Source: Prochlorococcus sp. AG-418-D13 (GTDB lineage: Bacteria > Cyanobacteriota > Cyanobacteriia > PCC-6307 > Cyanobiaceae). From it: a stretch of DNA of 64,000 nucleotides. The stretch spans positions 23,547 through 87,546 of the forward strand of contig QCLU01000008.1 in assembly GCA_003214315.1 (NCBI GenBank), in the 5' to 3' direction. Within the stretch, counting starts at the first letter, position 1, and every line of letters begins with the position of its first letter. Made by a program: the position numbers and the translations under genes. Positions 42,033 through 61,812 of the stretch are shown here, in pieces. The notes beneath the pieces were generated by a model. That model did no database searches, had not been told where the DNA came from, and saw only the letters and a program-made list of their open reading frames with translations.

Positions 42033-42392
42033 TTAGTGCTTATTCATTCTCGGTGGCTTTCCAAATGTTTGAAACATATCCCTATCGAGACTATTCTCTA
42101 AATCATCTAATTCTTCAAATTTGACCCAATTAATACAATCAACAGGGCATGTATCTATTGCTTCTTGTATGACATCAGAACTATCTCCATCTTGCCTAAT
42201 AGCTCGACTTCTACCATGAAATTCATCAACAGTGAAAGTGTTCGAAGCGACGTGAACACAGTACTGACATCCAATACACTTTGCTTCATCAACCCATACA
42301 GCTTTTTCGGCTAACAGACCACCTAAGACGGGCTCATAGCCTGTAATCTCAATATTTTCTTCAGTATTATGAAATGGATCCGTAAAATCCAT
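42033..42392 (-). CDS. Single-cluster 4Fe-4S-type ferredoxin
   Basis: 119 aa. CIGCQYC ... CP Cys pattern. Confidence 0.8.
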   Translation of the reverse strand: MDFTDPFHNTEENIEITGYEPVLGGLLAEKAVWVDEAKCIGCQYCVHVASNTFTVDEFHGRSRAIRQDGDSSDVIQEAIDTCPVDCINWVKFEELDDLENSLDRDMFQTFGKPPRMNKH

Positions 42393-42401
42393 ATCTTGAC
42401 A

Positions 42402-42794
42402 TTAGTTTTCCCACTTGGTTAAGACCAATTCAATAGAACCATCATTTTTATTTTTTTGCTCTACGATTTGATATCCATCTTCTTGCGTTTTAGAAATGAT
42501 TGTTTGGTAAGCATACATTTGTGTAACTTTTGAGATAAATCTTTCAACTGGAATCTCAAATTGCCAAAGATCAAGGTCAGTAACTAATTCATATGTATTA
42601 GAATTGTTATCCCATTTAAATCCAACTTGGGTATCACCGGGTAAATTCATACTTATATCAACGGCTGTAAATTGACCTTTATATCCTTTTACAAACTTTT
42701 CTTCTTGATTAATACTATAACCGAAATGATTTAAAGCTTTAATTAATGGCTTTACTTCCTTGAGCTGAGTTTTAATTGTACTAAAATGTGACAT
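42402..42794 (-). CDS. ycf35: DUF1257 / Ycf35-like protein
   Basis: 130 aa. The N-terminus MSHFSTIKTQLK matches the Ycf35/DUF1257 family as I recall it. Confidence 0.65.
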   Translation of the reverse strand: MSHFSTIKTQLKEVKPLIKALNHFGYSINQEEKFVKGYKGQFTAVDISMNLPGDTQVGFKWDNNSNTYELVTDLDLWQFEIPVERFISKVTQMYAYQTIISKTQEDGYQIVEQKNKNDGSIELVLTKWEN

Positions 42795-42996
42795 TAGATT
42801 CGTTATTTAATTGTGTTAAGTTTTCACTTTGATTAGAGATGAAAGCATCAGAAGTTTTATTCTTAACTGTTACTTTACCGAGAGCTTCTTCGAGATTTTT
42901 TGTAGCTTCATTGCATGAACTACCAGTAAAACCTTCTACTGTCTCTTCAACTCTTCCGTCTTGATGAATTTTGAATCTCAATGTTTTTTGAGGCAT
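42781..42996 (-). CDS. DUF2997-like small protein
   Basis: ATG at 42996 gives MPQKTLRFKIHQDGRVEE. The track extends to a TTG at 43005. Its 3' end overlaps the ycf35-like gene by 14 nt. Confidence 0.55.
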   Translation of the reverse strand: MPQKTLRFKIHQDGRVEETVEGFTGSSCNEATKNLEEALGKVTVKNKTSDAFISNQSENLTQLNNESNVTF

Positions 42997-43003
42997 TAAA
43001 TTC

Positions 43004-43018
43004 AAGTACTTAGTACTT
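43004..43018. promoter_or_regulatory. Perfect 15-bp palindrome AAGTACT-T-AGTACTT directly upstream of the DUF2997-ycf35-ferredoxin string (candidate operator)
   Basis: Read directly from the sequence. It lies 8-22 nt upstream of the ATG at 42996 and contains two self-complementary AGTACT hexamers. Confidence 0.35.
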
Positions 43019-43146
43019 TAACTTTATATAGAATAACGAAATTTTTTTGTTTCAGTTGGTACAAGTTAATTAATTTTAATTTTTATATTGAATATCAAAT
43101 AAATAAATTTTTTTGAGTCTAGTGCTTATAAAAAAAATTAAGAAAT

Positions 43147-43914
43147 TTAGTTATAAAAACCTTGCATCCCCATTGAATCTAAGGCAGTTTTTGCTTCTTC
43201 CATAACGGAGAGTTCTTTATCGAAAAGAGCTATCTTGGTACATTCATCAACGAAACTTTCTTGAAATGTATTGTTTAATTTTTCATACAATCTACACAAT
43301 GACCAGATGCAATTACTTCTTACACCTGATTCATTATCTATGTTTAAACTTATTAAAAGTTGTTCTGCTGCCAATTGAGCATTTTCCACAGAGGCATTTC
43401 CGATTTCAGCTAAAGAACTAGATGACCATAACCTTACTGCAGCTACATCGTTCTTCAAAGCATTTATTAATGGCTGCAAAACAATTTGATTATCATAATT
43501 AGCTAAGCTCCATGCAGTTGCTCTTCTAACATAAGCATTATCGTCAGTCTCCAAAAGACTTACAAGTTTCTCAACCGCTCTAGGACATGGATTACGACCC
43601 AAAGCATATACCGCACTCATCCTTTCAACAGGACAAGATTGATCAAGTAATGGTAACAAAAGGGGGAAAGATCTTTGATCTCTATATTCACAAAATATTC
43701 TTAGGCCCTGTATTCTTTCTTCTTTATTACCATTTAGCATTTTTAAAGCTTCATTGCACTCTTGAGTTATATTTAATCCTTTTGAAAAAGAATCTTCATC
43801 AATTTGCTCTAAGGGATCTATTTCAATTTCTAAGGCCAATTCTTGCGCTAAAACATCTGGATCAACAGCTATATCAGCTAAGCTTACTTTATTAGTATCC
43901 TTATTTTTTTTCAT
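43147..43914 (-). CDS. HEAT-repeat protein (PBS-lyase HEAT-like repeats)
   Basis: 255 aa. Repeated ..VR..A..ALG.. units: ERMSAVYALGRN, YVRRATAWSLAN and AVRLWSSSSLAEIG. Confidence 0.8.
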   Translation of the reverse strand: MKKNKDTNKVSLADIAVDPDVLAQELALEIEIDPLEQIDEDSFSKGLNITQECNEALKMLNGNKEERIQGLRIFCEYRDQRSFPLLLPLLDQSCPVERMSAVYALGRNPCPRAVEKLVSLLETDDNAYVRRATAWSLANYDNQIVLQPLINALKNDVAAVRLWSSSSLAEIGNASVENAQLAAEQLLISLNIDNESGVRSNCIWSLCRLYEKLNNTFQESFVDECTKIALFDKELSVMEEAKTALDSMGMQGFYN

Positions 43915-43932
43915 TTTGAAAAACTAAAAATA

Positions 43933-44079
43933 TTAATTTACGGGAGCGGGAGACATCATATCTCCAGGCAACCAAATTCTTGCACTAACTGCAAGGAAAG
44001 CAATACCAAAAAGGGAGACAATAGCGAAAGGCAAAATTTTTGTCCTAATAAAACTCAAAGATTTAAATTTAATTAACAC
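43933..44079 (-). CDS. Candidate small single-pass membrane protein (41-48 aa)
   Basis: Hand translation from the GTG at 44079 gives (M)LIKFKSLSFIRTKILPFAIVSLFGIAFLAVSARIWLPGDMMSPAPVN. An alternative TTG start lies at 44058. It sits between rlmN and the HEAT gene on the same strand and is below the track cutoff. Confidence 0.35.
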   Translation of the reverse strand: MLIKFKSLSFIRTKILPFAIVSLFGIAFLAVSARIWLPGDMMSPAPVN

Positions 44080-44127
44080 AATGATAACCTGTTTAAGAGA
44101 CTTTTAAAAAATTTTTATTAGATAATA

Positions 44128-45186
<1,059 letters not shown>

Positions 45187-45203
45187 TTATTGCAAAACTA
45201 TTT

Positions 45204-45359
<156 letters not shown>

Positions 45360-45411
45360 TTACAAATTTAAAAAATTCATTCTAGTAACTAAATCTAATA
45401 ATAGATAATAT

Positions 45412-49539
<4,128 letters not shown>

Positions 49540-49546
49540 TTAAAGA

Positions 49547-54783
<5,237 letters not shown>

Positions 54784-55020
54784 CCAAGAAAACCTGCAAT
54801 TTTGTGAGATTTACTATTTACTTTTAATCTACTCAACATTTAGCAATCTAACTTTTCAATCAATAATATGAGATCAACCATTAAATCTCTATTTCAACAT
54901 AAATCAATATATAGAGAGGTATTAAATTTTGTTTAATGCTGATAAATCATTAACTGTGTAAGTTAAAACTAAAAAATTAAGAAAAATTTCCAGTAATTCC
55001 TAATACTAACAGCTGCGGCG

Positions 55021-55815
55021 TCAAATTAACAAGTCAAATTTAAACAAATCTTCAGCATTCTTAGATGACTCTTTAGCAATTGTGATTAATTCAGTGGATC
55101 TTAGATCTGCCATAAAATTGGCAACATTTTTAACAAATGCAGGTTCATTTCTTTTACCTCTATGAGGGACTGGAGCTAAAAATGGTGAGTCAGTTTCAAT
55201 TAAGTACCTATCATTTGGAACAATTTTGGCACACTCATGAATTTCATGTGCTTTTGGGAAAGTTACTATTCCACTAAAACTGATGTAAAATCCAAGATCC
55301 AAAAATTGCTTCATTTCTTTTGGGGTTCCTGTCCAACAATGAAGTACACCATCAGGACATTTTCCTTTTTTAGAGAGATCATTACATATCTCAATCATTT
55401 CATTTGCAGCATCTCTACAATGGATAATTACAGGCAATTTCAGTTCATAAGCTAACTCCATTTGCGGAATAAGTGCTTCTATTTGCTGAGTTTTATTTTC
55501 ATTTTTAAAAAAATCCAAGCCTAATTCCCCAATAGCTACAACTCTTCTATCTTTTTGAGCTGATTTTCTTAAAAGAGATTTTGAACTTTGTTCCCATTTT
55601 TTTGCTTCTAGCGGGTGCAAACCAACTGAATAGTAAATTTCATTAAATTTATGAGATATTTTTTTTAATTTTGGAATTTCTGTTAATTCACAACAAGCAT
55701 GAACTAATTTTTTTACACCTTTAGAACGTAATCTTAGAACAACATCTTCAAGATCTTTTTCAAAATTTTCAAATATTAAGTGACAGTGCGAGTCTATGAG
55801 TTCGATACCGCTCAT
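55021..55815 (-). CDS. tatD: TatD-family metal-dependent hydrolase/DNase
   Basis: 264 aa. N-terminal IDSHCHL and further conserved His/Asp ligands. Confidence 0.9.
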   Translation of the reverse strand: MSGIELIDSHCHLIFENFEKDLEDVVLRLRSKGVKKLVHACCELTEIPKLKKISHKFNEIYYSVGLHPLEAKKWEQSSKSLLRKSAQKDRRVVAIGELGLDFFKNENKTQQIEALIPQMELAYELKLPVIIHCRDAANEMIEICNDLSKKGKCPDGVLHCWTGTPKEMKQFLDLGFYISFSGIVTFPKAHEIHECAKIVPNDRYLIETDSPFLAPVPHRGKRNEPAFVKNVANFMADLRSTELITIAKESSKNAEDLFKFDLLI

Positions 55816-55832
55816 AATTTTGATCTACCTTT

Positions 55833-56126
55833 TCACTTGCTAGTAAGTGTAGTTTTGACAAAATTGTTGATTTTTGATTTTTTATTAGCACCATTATTCT
55901 TATGAAGAACATTTTTTTTAACTGCTTTGTCAATTAAGCTAAAAGCTTTATTAAGGCTTATTTTAACTAAATTTTTATTATCATCATTAGGGTTTTTTTT
56001 ATATTTTTCGCAATTTTCAAAGGTTTTTTTGGTTAAAGTCCTAACAGTAGATTTATATGACTTATTTATTAAACGATTTCTTTCGGCAATTTGTATTCTC
56101 TTTTTTGCTGAATTGTTATTGGCCAC
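55833..56126 (-). CDS. rpsT: 30S ribosomal protein S20
   Basis: 97 aa, basic. The N-terminus ANNNSAKKRIQIAERNR is typical of S20. GTG start. Confidence 0.93.
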   Translation of the reverse strand: MANNNSAKKRIQIAERNRLINKSYKSTVRTLTKKTFENCEKYKKNPNDDNKNLVKISLNKAFSLIDKAVKKNVLHKNNGANKKSKINNFVKTTLTSK

Positions 56127-56245
56127 AGAGGGTATATAAATAGAAGATTCTTATCATAACAAATAAATCGACTACTAATCAATCATATATAATTTAGAAA
56201 GTTATTCAATTGGGTTTTAGCCTTTCAATTTGAAAAAATAATCAT

Positions 56246-57532
56246 ATGAAGATCATAAATAATAAAAAAGAAGCTATGGAAGAATTAAAAAGGATTTCTG
56301 CTCGAACTAATTCAGAAAACAATAATGAAATCAATAGAATTGTTGAAGAAATTCTTCAAGAGGTGAAAAATTCTGGAGATATCGCAGTAGAAAAATATAC
56401 AAAAAAATTTGATGGTTTCGACCCTGACCCTATGCGAGTGAGTGCGGATCAAATAAAGAATGCATGGGATGAAATTGATAACGATTTGAAGCGCTCACTT
56501 GAGATAGCTCATAAAAGAATTCAAAAATTCCATGAAAAAGAAATTCCTCAATCTTTCACTATAAAAGGTGAATATGGTGACGTAGTCCAAAGAAGATGGA
56601 GACCAGTTAAGAATGCAGGAATTTATATTCCTGGAGGTAGAGCTGCTTATCCAAGTACTGTATTAATGAATGCAATTCCTGCAAAAGTAGCAGGAGTAGA
56701 AGAAATTATAATGGTATCTCCTGGGAATAAAGAAGGGGAAATAAACAAAACTGTTTTAGCTGCAGCTCACTTATCAGGAATCAATAAAGTTTTTAGAATT
56801 GGAGGAGCTCAAGCAATTGGAGCTTTAGCATTTGGGACAAATCAAATCAATAAAGTTGATGTTATTTCAGGTCCAGGGAATATCTATGTTACAACTGCGA
56901 AAAAACTAATTTATGGCTTTACAGGGATTGATTCTTTAGCTGGTCCAAGTGAAATATTAATCATTGCAGATGAAACAGCTCAAACCACTCATATAGCATC
57001 TGATCTTCTAGCGCAAGCAGAACATGATCCTTTAGCTTCATCAATACTTCTAACTACATCAAAGAACCAGGCAAAAGAAGTTTTAGAAGAACTTTATAAA
57101 AAAATAGATGATCATCCAAGAAAAGAAATTTGCATGCAATCAATAAAAAATTGGGGGTTAATTGTGATTTGCGAAAATTATGAATCATGTGTTGAACTAA
57201 GCAATAACTTTGCCCCTGAACATCTAGAAATTCTCACTGTAGACTCAAAAAAAATTCTTGCAGGTGTAGAGAATGCAGGAGCGATATTTTTAGGGAAATG
57301 GAGCCCAGAAGCTGTTGGAGATTATCTTGCTGGACCAAATCATACTTTACCCACATCAGGGAATTCTAGATTTAGCGGTTCTTTGGGGGTTGAAACTTTT
57401 ATGAAAAATACTTCAATAATAGAATTTAATGAAGAAAGTTTAAAAGTTAATAGCCTTGATATTATTAATCTTGCAAAAAGTGAGGGCTTACATAGCCACG
57501 CAAACTCAGTACAAATAAGATTTGAAGATTAG
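56246..57532 (+). CDS. hisD: Histidinol dehydrogenase
   Basis: 428 aa. Conserved AQAEHD and GDY.AGPNH.LPT motifs. Confidence 0.95.
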   Translation: MKIINNKKEAMEELKRISARTNSENNNEINRIVEEILQEVKNSGDIAVEKYTKKFDGFDPDPMRVSADQIKNAWDEIDNDLKRSLEIAHKRIQKFHEKEIPQSFTIKGEYGDVVQRRWRPVKNAGIYIPGGRAAYPSTVLMNAIPAKVAGVEEIIMVSPGNKEGEINKTVLAAAHLSGINKVFRIGGAQAIGALAFGTNQINKVDVISGPGNIYVTTAKKLIYGFTGIDSLAGPSEILIIADETAQTTHIASDLLAQAEHDPLASSILLTTSKNQAKEVLEELYKKIDDHPRKEICMQSIKNWGLIVICENYESCVELSNNFAPEHLEILTVDSKKILAGVENAGAIFLGKWSPEAVGDYLAGPNHTLPTSGNSRFSGSLGVETFMKNTSIIEFNEESLKVNSLDIINLAKSEGLHSHANSVQIRFED

Positions 57533-58224
57533 CTCACTCTTGAGGGTGAGTAAACCACTGGAGTATCTTTTTCAATTTTACCAACTAATACTTTGTCTGT
57601 AAGATCAACGAATAATCCATTTTCTAATACTCCTGGAATATTATTAATCGTCATTTCAATGTCTTTTGGATTCTTAATACCATCATCGAACAATACATCT
57701 AGGATGAGGTTGCCTTGGTCAGTAACAACTGGACCTGCTTTTTTAGTAGCCATTCTTAAAGAAGAACTGCCATTCATTTCTGAAATTACTCCTTGAACTT
57801 GCTTCCAAGCATTTGGAAGAACTTCTACAGGTAAAGGGAAAGATTGATTTAGATTTTTTACAAGTTTAGTTTCATCAACAACAATCAACAATATATCAGC
57901 TCTAGATGCCACTAACTTTTCTCTAACATGGCATGCTCCTCCTCCTTTTATTAGTTGAAATCCTGGATCGACTTCATCTGCTCCATCAATAGCTAAATCA
58001 ATTTGAGATACAGAACCTAAGTCGATAAGCGGGATATCAAGTTCAAGCGCTAAAACTTCTGATTGAAAAGAAGTTGCAACACCTCTTATATTTTGAAGTT
58101 TTCCAAGACGAATTTCATTGGCGAGACTTTTTATCATTAACGCAGCTGTAGATCCAGATCCTAATCCGAGAATCATGTCACTTTTTACTTCCCTTATTGC
58201 TGCATCAGCAACTACTTGTTTCAT
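57529..58224 (-). CDS. rpiA: Ribose-5-phosphate isomerase A
   Basis: GLGSGST and DGADEVD motifs. ATG at 58224, with the track extending to a TTG at 58242. Its stop overlaps the hisD stop as TTAG. Confidence 0.92.
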   Translation of the reverse strand: MKQVVADAAIREVKSDMILGLGSGSTAALMIKSLANEIRLGKLQNIRGVATSFQSEVLALELDIPLIDLGSVSQIDLAIDGADEVDPGFQLIKGGGACHVREKLVASRADILLIVVDETKLVKNLNQSFPLPVEVLPNAWKQVQGVISEMNGSSSLRMATKKAGPVVTDQGNLILDVLFDDGIKNPKDIEMTINNIPGVLENGLFVDLTDKVLVGKIEKDTPVVYSPSRVS

Positions 58225-58289
58225 TTGAGTTTGTGAATCCAAAATCTTCTTCTCTAATGGTTATAGATTATTAAATTTCAATGGGTGAT

Positions 58290-59420
<1,131 letters not shown>

Positions 59421-59578
59421 TTAATTTAGGGTTTTAAATTTATTTAATAAATCTAATTGAAGAAATATATTATTGTTGTTTTTTTGTTTACATCCGTAAA
59501 ATACAAATTTTTAAATTTTTTTTATAGAAAAAACTTCTTTATATGTGACAATAATTTTAAATAAATTTTTTAATAAAT

Positions 59579-60046
59579 TTGAATAAAGAAAGCAAAAATA
59601 GGCTAGAAACTCTATTAGAAAAAGTTGCTAACAAAAGGGATTTAGAAATCCTCGATTTAAATATACAAACTAATCAAAAACCAATAGTTATTGAAATAAT
59701 TATAAAAAAAACTAATGGAGATGACATTTCCTTAGTTGATTGTGCGCTATTTAATACCCCAGCATCTGATGAAATAGAAAAATCAAATCTTTTAAATTGT
59801 TCATATGTGTTAGAAATTAGTAGTCAAGGGGTCAGTGATGAATTAACCTCAGAAAGAGACTTCAAAACTTTTAAGGGTTTTCCAGTTAATGTTGAGGTAA
59901 ACCAAAAGAATTCAAAAATAAAATTCGTGAATGGTTTACTTTATGAAAAATCTAATGATTATTTAGCCATTAACATCAAAGGTAGGATAAAGAAAATCCC
60001 TTTCGATGAAGTATTAAAAATTAGTCTTTGTACCTTAAAAGATTAA
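59579..60046 (+). CDS. rimP: Ribosome maturation factor RimP
   Basis: 155 aa. Position upstream of nusA and RimP-like sequence. TTG start, with no in-frame ATG near the N-terminus. Confidence 0.85.
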   Translation: MNKESKNRLETLLEKVANKRDLEILDLNIQTNQKPIVIEIIIKKTNGDDISLVDCALFNTPASDEIEKSNLLNCSYVLEISSQGVSDELTSERDFKTFKGFPVNVEVNQKNSKIKFVNGLLYEKSNDYLAINIKGRIKKIPFDEVLKISLCTLKD

Positions 60047-60081
60047 TTATTTTTCAACCATTATTCAATTTCCCATCATAG

Positions 60082-61485
60082 ATGGCATTAGTTATTCTCC
60101 CAGGTTTAAACAATCTTATTGAAGACATTAGTGAGGAAAAAAAGTTACCTCCTAATATCGTTGAAGCAGCCTTGCGCGAAGCTTTGTTAAAGGGATACGA
60201 AAAATATAGAAGAACTTTCTACATTGGAGTTAACGAGGATCCATTTGATGAAGAATACTTTAGCAATTTTGATGTTGGACTAGATCTTGATGAAGAGGGT
60301 TATAGGATATTATCTAGTAAAATAATAGTTGAAGAAGTTGAAAGCGAGGATCATCAAATATCTTTAGTAGAAGTTAAACAAGTTGCCGATGATGCTCAAA
60401 TAGGTGACACAGTTGTATTAGACGTTACTCCTGAAAAAGAGGATTTTGGGCGAATGGCTGCTTCAACTACAAAGCAAGTTTTAGCTCAAAAATTAAGAGA
60501 TCAACAAAGAAAAATGATCCAAGAAGAATTTGCAGACTTAGAAGATCCTGTTTTAACTGCAAGAGTTATAAGATTTGAAAGGCAATCAGTAATTATGGGG
60601 GTTAGTTCAGGTATTGGCAGACCTGAAGTAGAGGCTGAACTTCCAAAAAGAGACCAATTACCAAATGATAATTATAGAGCAAATGCAACTTTCAAAGTAT
60701 TCTTGAAAGAAGTTAGCGAAATAGCCAGAAAAGGACCACAACTTTTTGTTAGCAGAGCAAATGCTGGATTAGTCGTGTATTTATTTGAGAATGAAGTCCC
60801 GGAAATCCAAGAAGGTACAGTAAAAATTGTTGCTGTTTCAAGAGAAGCTAATCCTCCTTCAAGAGCTGTTGGGCCAAGAACAAAAGTAGCTGTTGATAGC
60901 GTTGAACAAGAAGTTGATCCTGTAGGTGCTTGTATTGGAGCGAGAGGCGCAAGAATCCAACAAGTAGTAAATGAATTAAGAGGAGAAAAAATTGATGTCA
61001 TTAAATGGTCATCTGACCCAATTCAGTATATTTTAAACTCTTTAAGTCCTGCAAAAGTTGATCTCGTTAGACTTGTTGACCCAGCAGGTCAACACGCACA
61101 CGTACTAGTTCCTCCTGATCAATTAAGTCTCGCAATTGGTAGAGAAGGACAAAATGTAAGACTTGCCGCAAGATTAACTGGTTGGAAGATTGATGTTAAA
61201 AACTCCCATGAATATGATAAGGAAGCAGAAGATGCTGCAGTCTCTGCATTAATCATTCAGAGGGAAGATGAAGAGAGTCTCCAGAAAGAAGCTGAGCTTA
61301 GATTAGAAGCAGAACAAGCTGAGCGGGCTGCGGAAGATGCAAGATTAAGAGAGCTTTATCCTCTTCCTGAAGATGATGAGGAATATGGACAAGAAACATA
61401 CGAAGAAATAGGTTTATCAGATAGTGATCAATTAGAGACAGTTCAAGATGGTGAAATATCCTCCAAAGAGGAGAGAAAACGGTGA
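60082..61485 (+). CDS. nusA: Transcription termination/antitermination factor NusA
   Basis: 467 aa. S1 and tandem KH regions (GACIGARGARIQ, AIGREGQNVRLA) and an acidic C-terminal tail. Confidence 0.96.
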   Translation: MALVILPGLNNLIEDISEEKKLPPNIVEAALREALLKGYEKYRRTFYIGVNEDPFDEEYFSNFDVGLDLDEEGYRILSSKIIVEEVESEDHQISLVEVKQVADDAQIGDTVVLDVTPEKEDFGRMAASTTKQVLAQKLRDQQRKMIQEEFADLEDPVLTARVIRFERQSVIMGVSSGIGRPEVEAELPKRDQLPNDNYRANATFKVFLKEVSEIARKGPQLFVSRANAGLVVYLFENEVPEIQEGTVKIVAVSREANPPSRAVGPRTKVAVDSVEQEVDPVGACIGARGARIQQVVNELRGEKIDVIKWSSDPIQYILNSLSPAKVDLVRLVDPAGQHAHVLVPPDQLSLAIGREGQNVRLAARLTGWKIDVKNSHEYDKEAEDAAVSALIIQREDEESLQKEAELRLEAEQAERAAEDARLRELYPLPEDDEEYGQETYEEIGLSDSDQLETVQDGEISSKEERKR

Positions 61486-61763
61486 TACGACAAAACCCTA
61501 TTATGCGCATATGCATTTCATGTAGAAAAACATATGACAGGAAACATCTTTTAAAGATTACTAAAGATCATAAGCTAGGTATTATGTTTCAAAAGGGGAT
61601 GGGGCGATCAGCCTACATTTGCAAGTCAAAAAAATGTTACTCAGATTCCAAGATCAAAAAAAAGCTTCAAAAAGCTTTAAAAACATCTTTAAAATCTGAA
61701 TTTATTGATATTTTTGAAAAAGAAATTACAAGCTACAATGACTATCCCAATAAGGACATATAA
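61482..61763 (+). CDS. ylxR: YlxR-family (DUF448) RNA-binding protein
   Basis: MRICISCRK motif. The GTG at 61482 overlaps the nusA stop. An alternative ATG lies at 61503. Confidence 0.8.
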   Translation: MIRQNPIMRICISCRKTYDRKHLLKITKDHKLGIMFQKGMGRSAYICKSKKCYSDSKIKKKLQKALKTSLKSEFIDIFEKEITSYNDYPNKDI

Positions 61764-61812
61764 TTAAATTAAATCCTCTTGAATTTCTTAAAAAGAGTAC
61801 AAATCAAACTCA

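Noticed and set aside
43004-43018. Calling the AAGTACT-T-AGTACTT palindrome a LexA box
   Set aside because: The half-sites resemble GTAC-core LexA operators. However, the spacing is one nucleotide short of RGTAC-N3-DGTWCB as I remember it. It is therefore kept only as an unassigned candidate operator.
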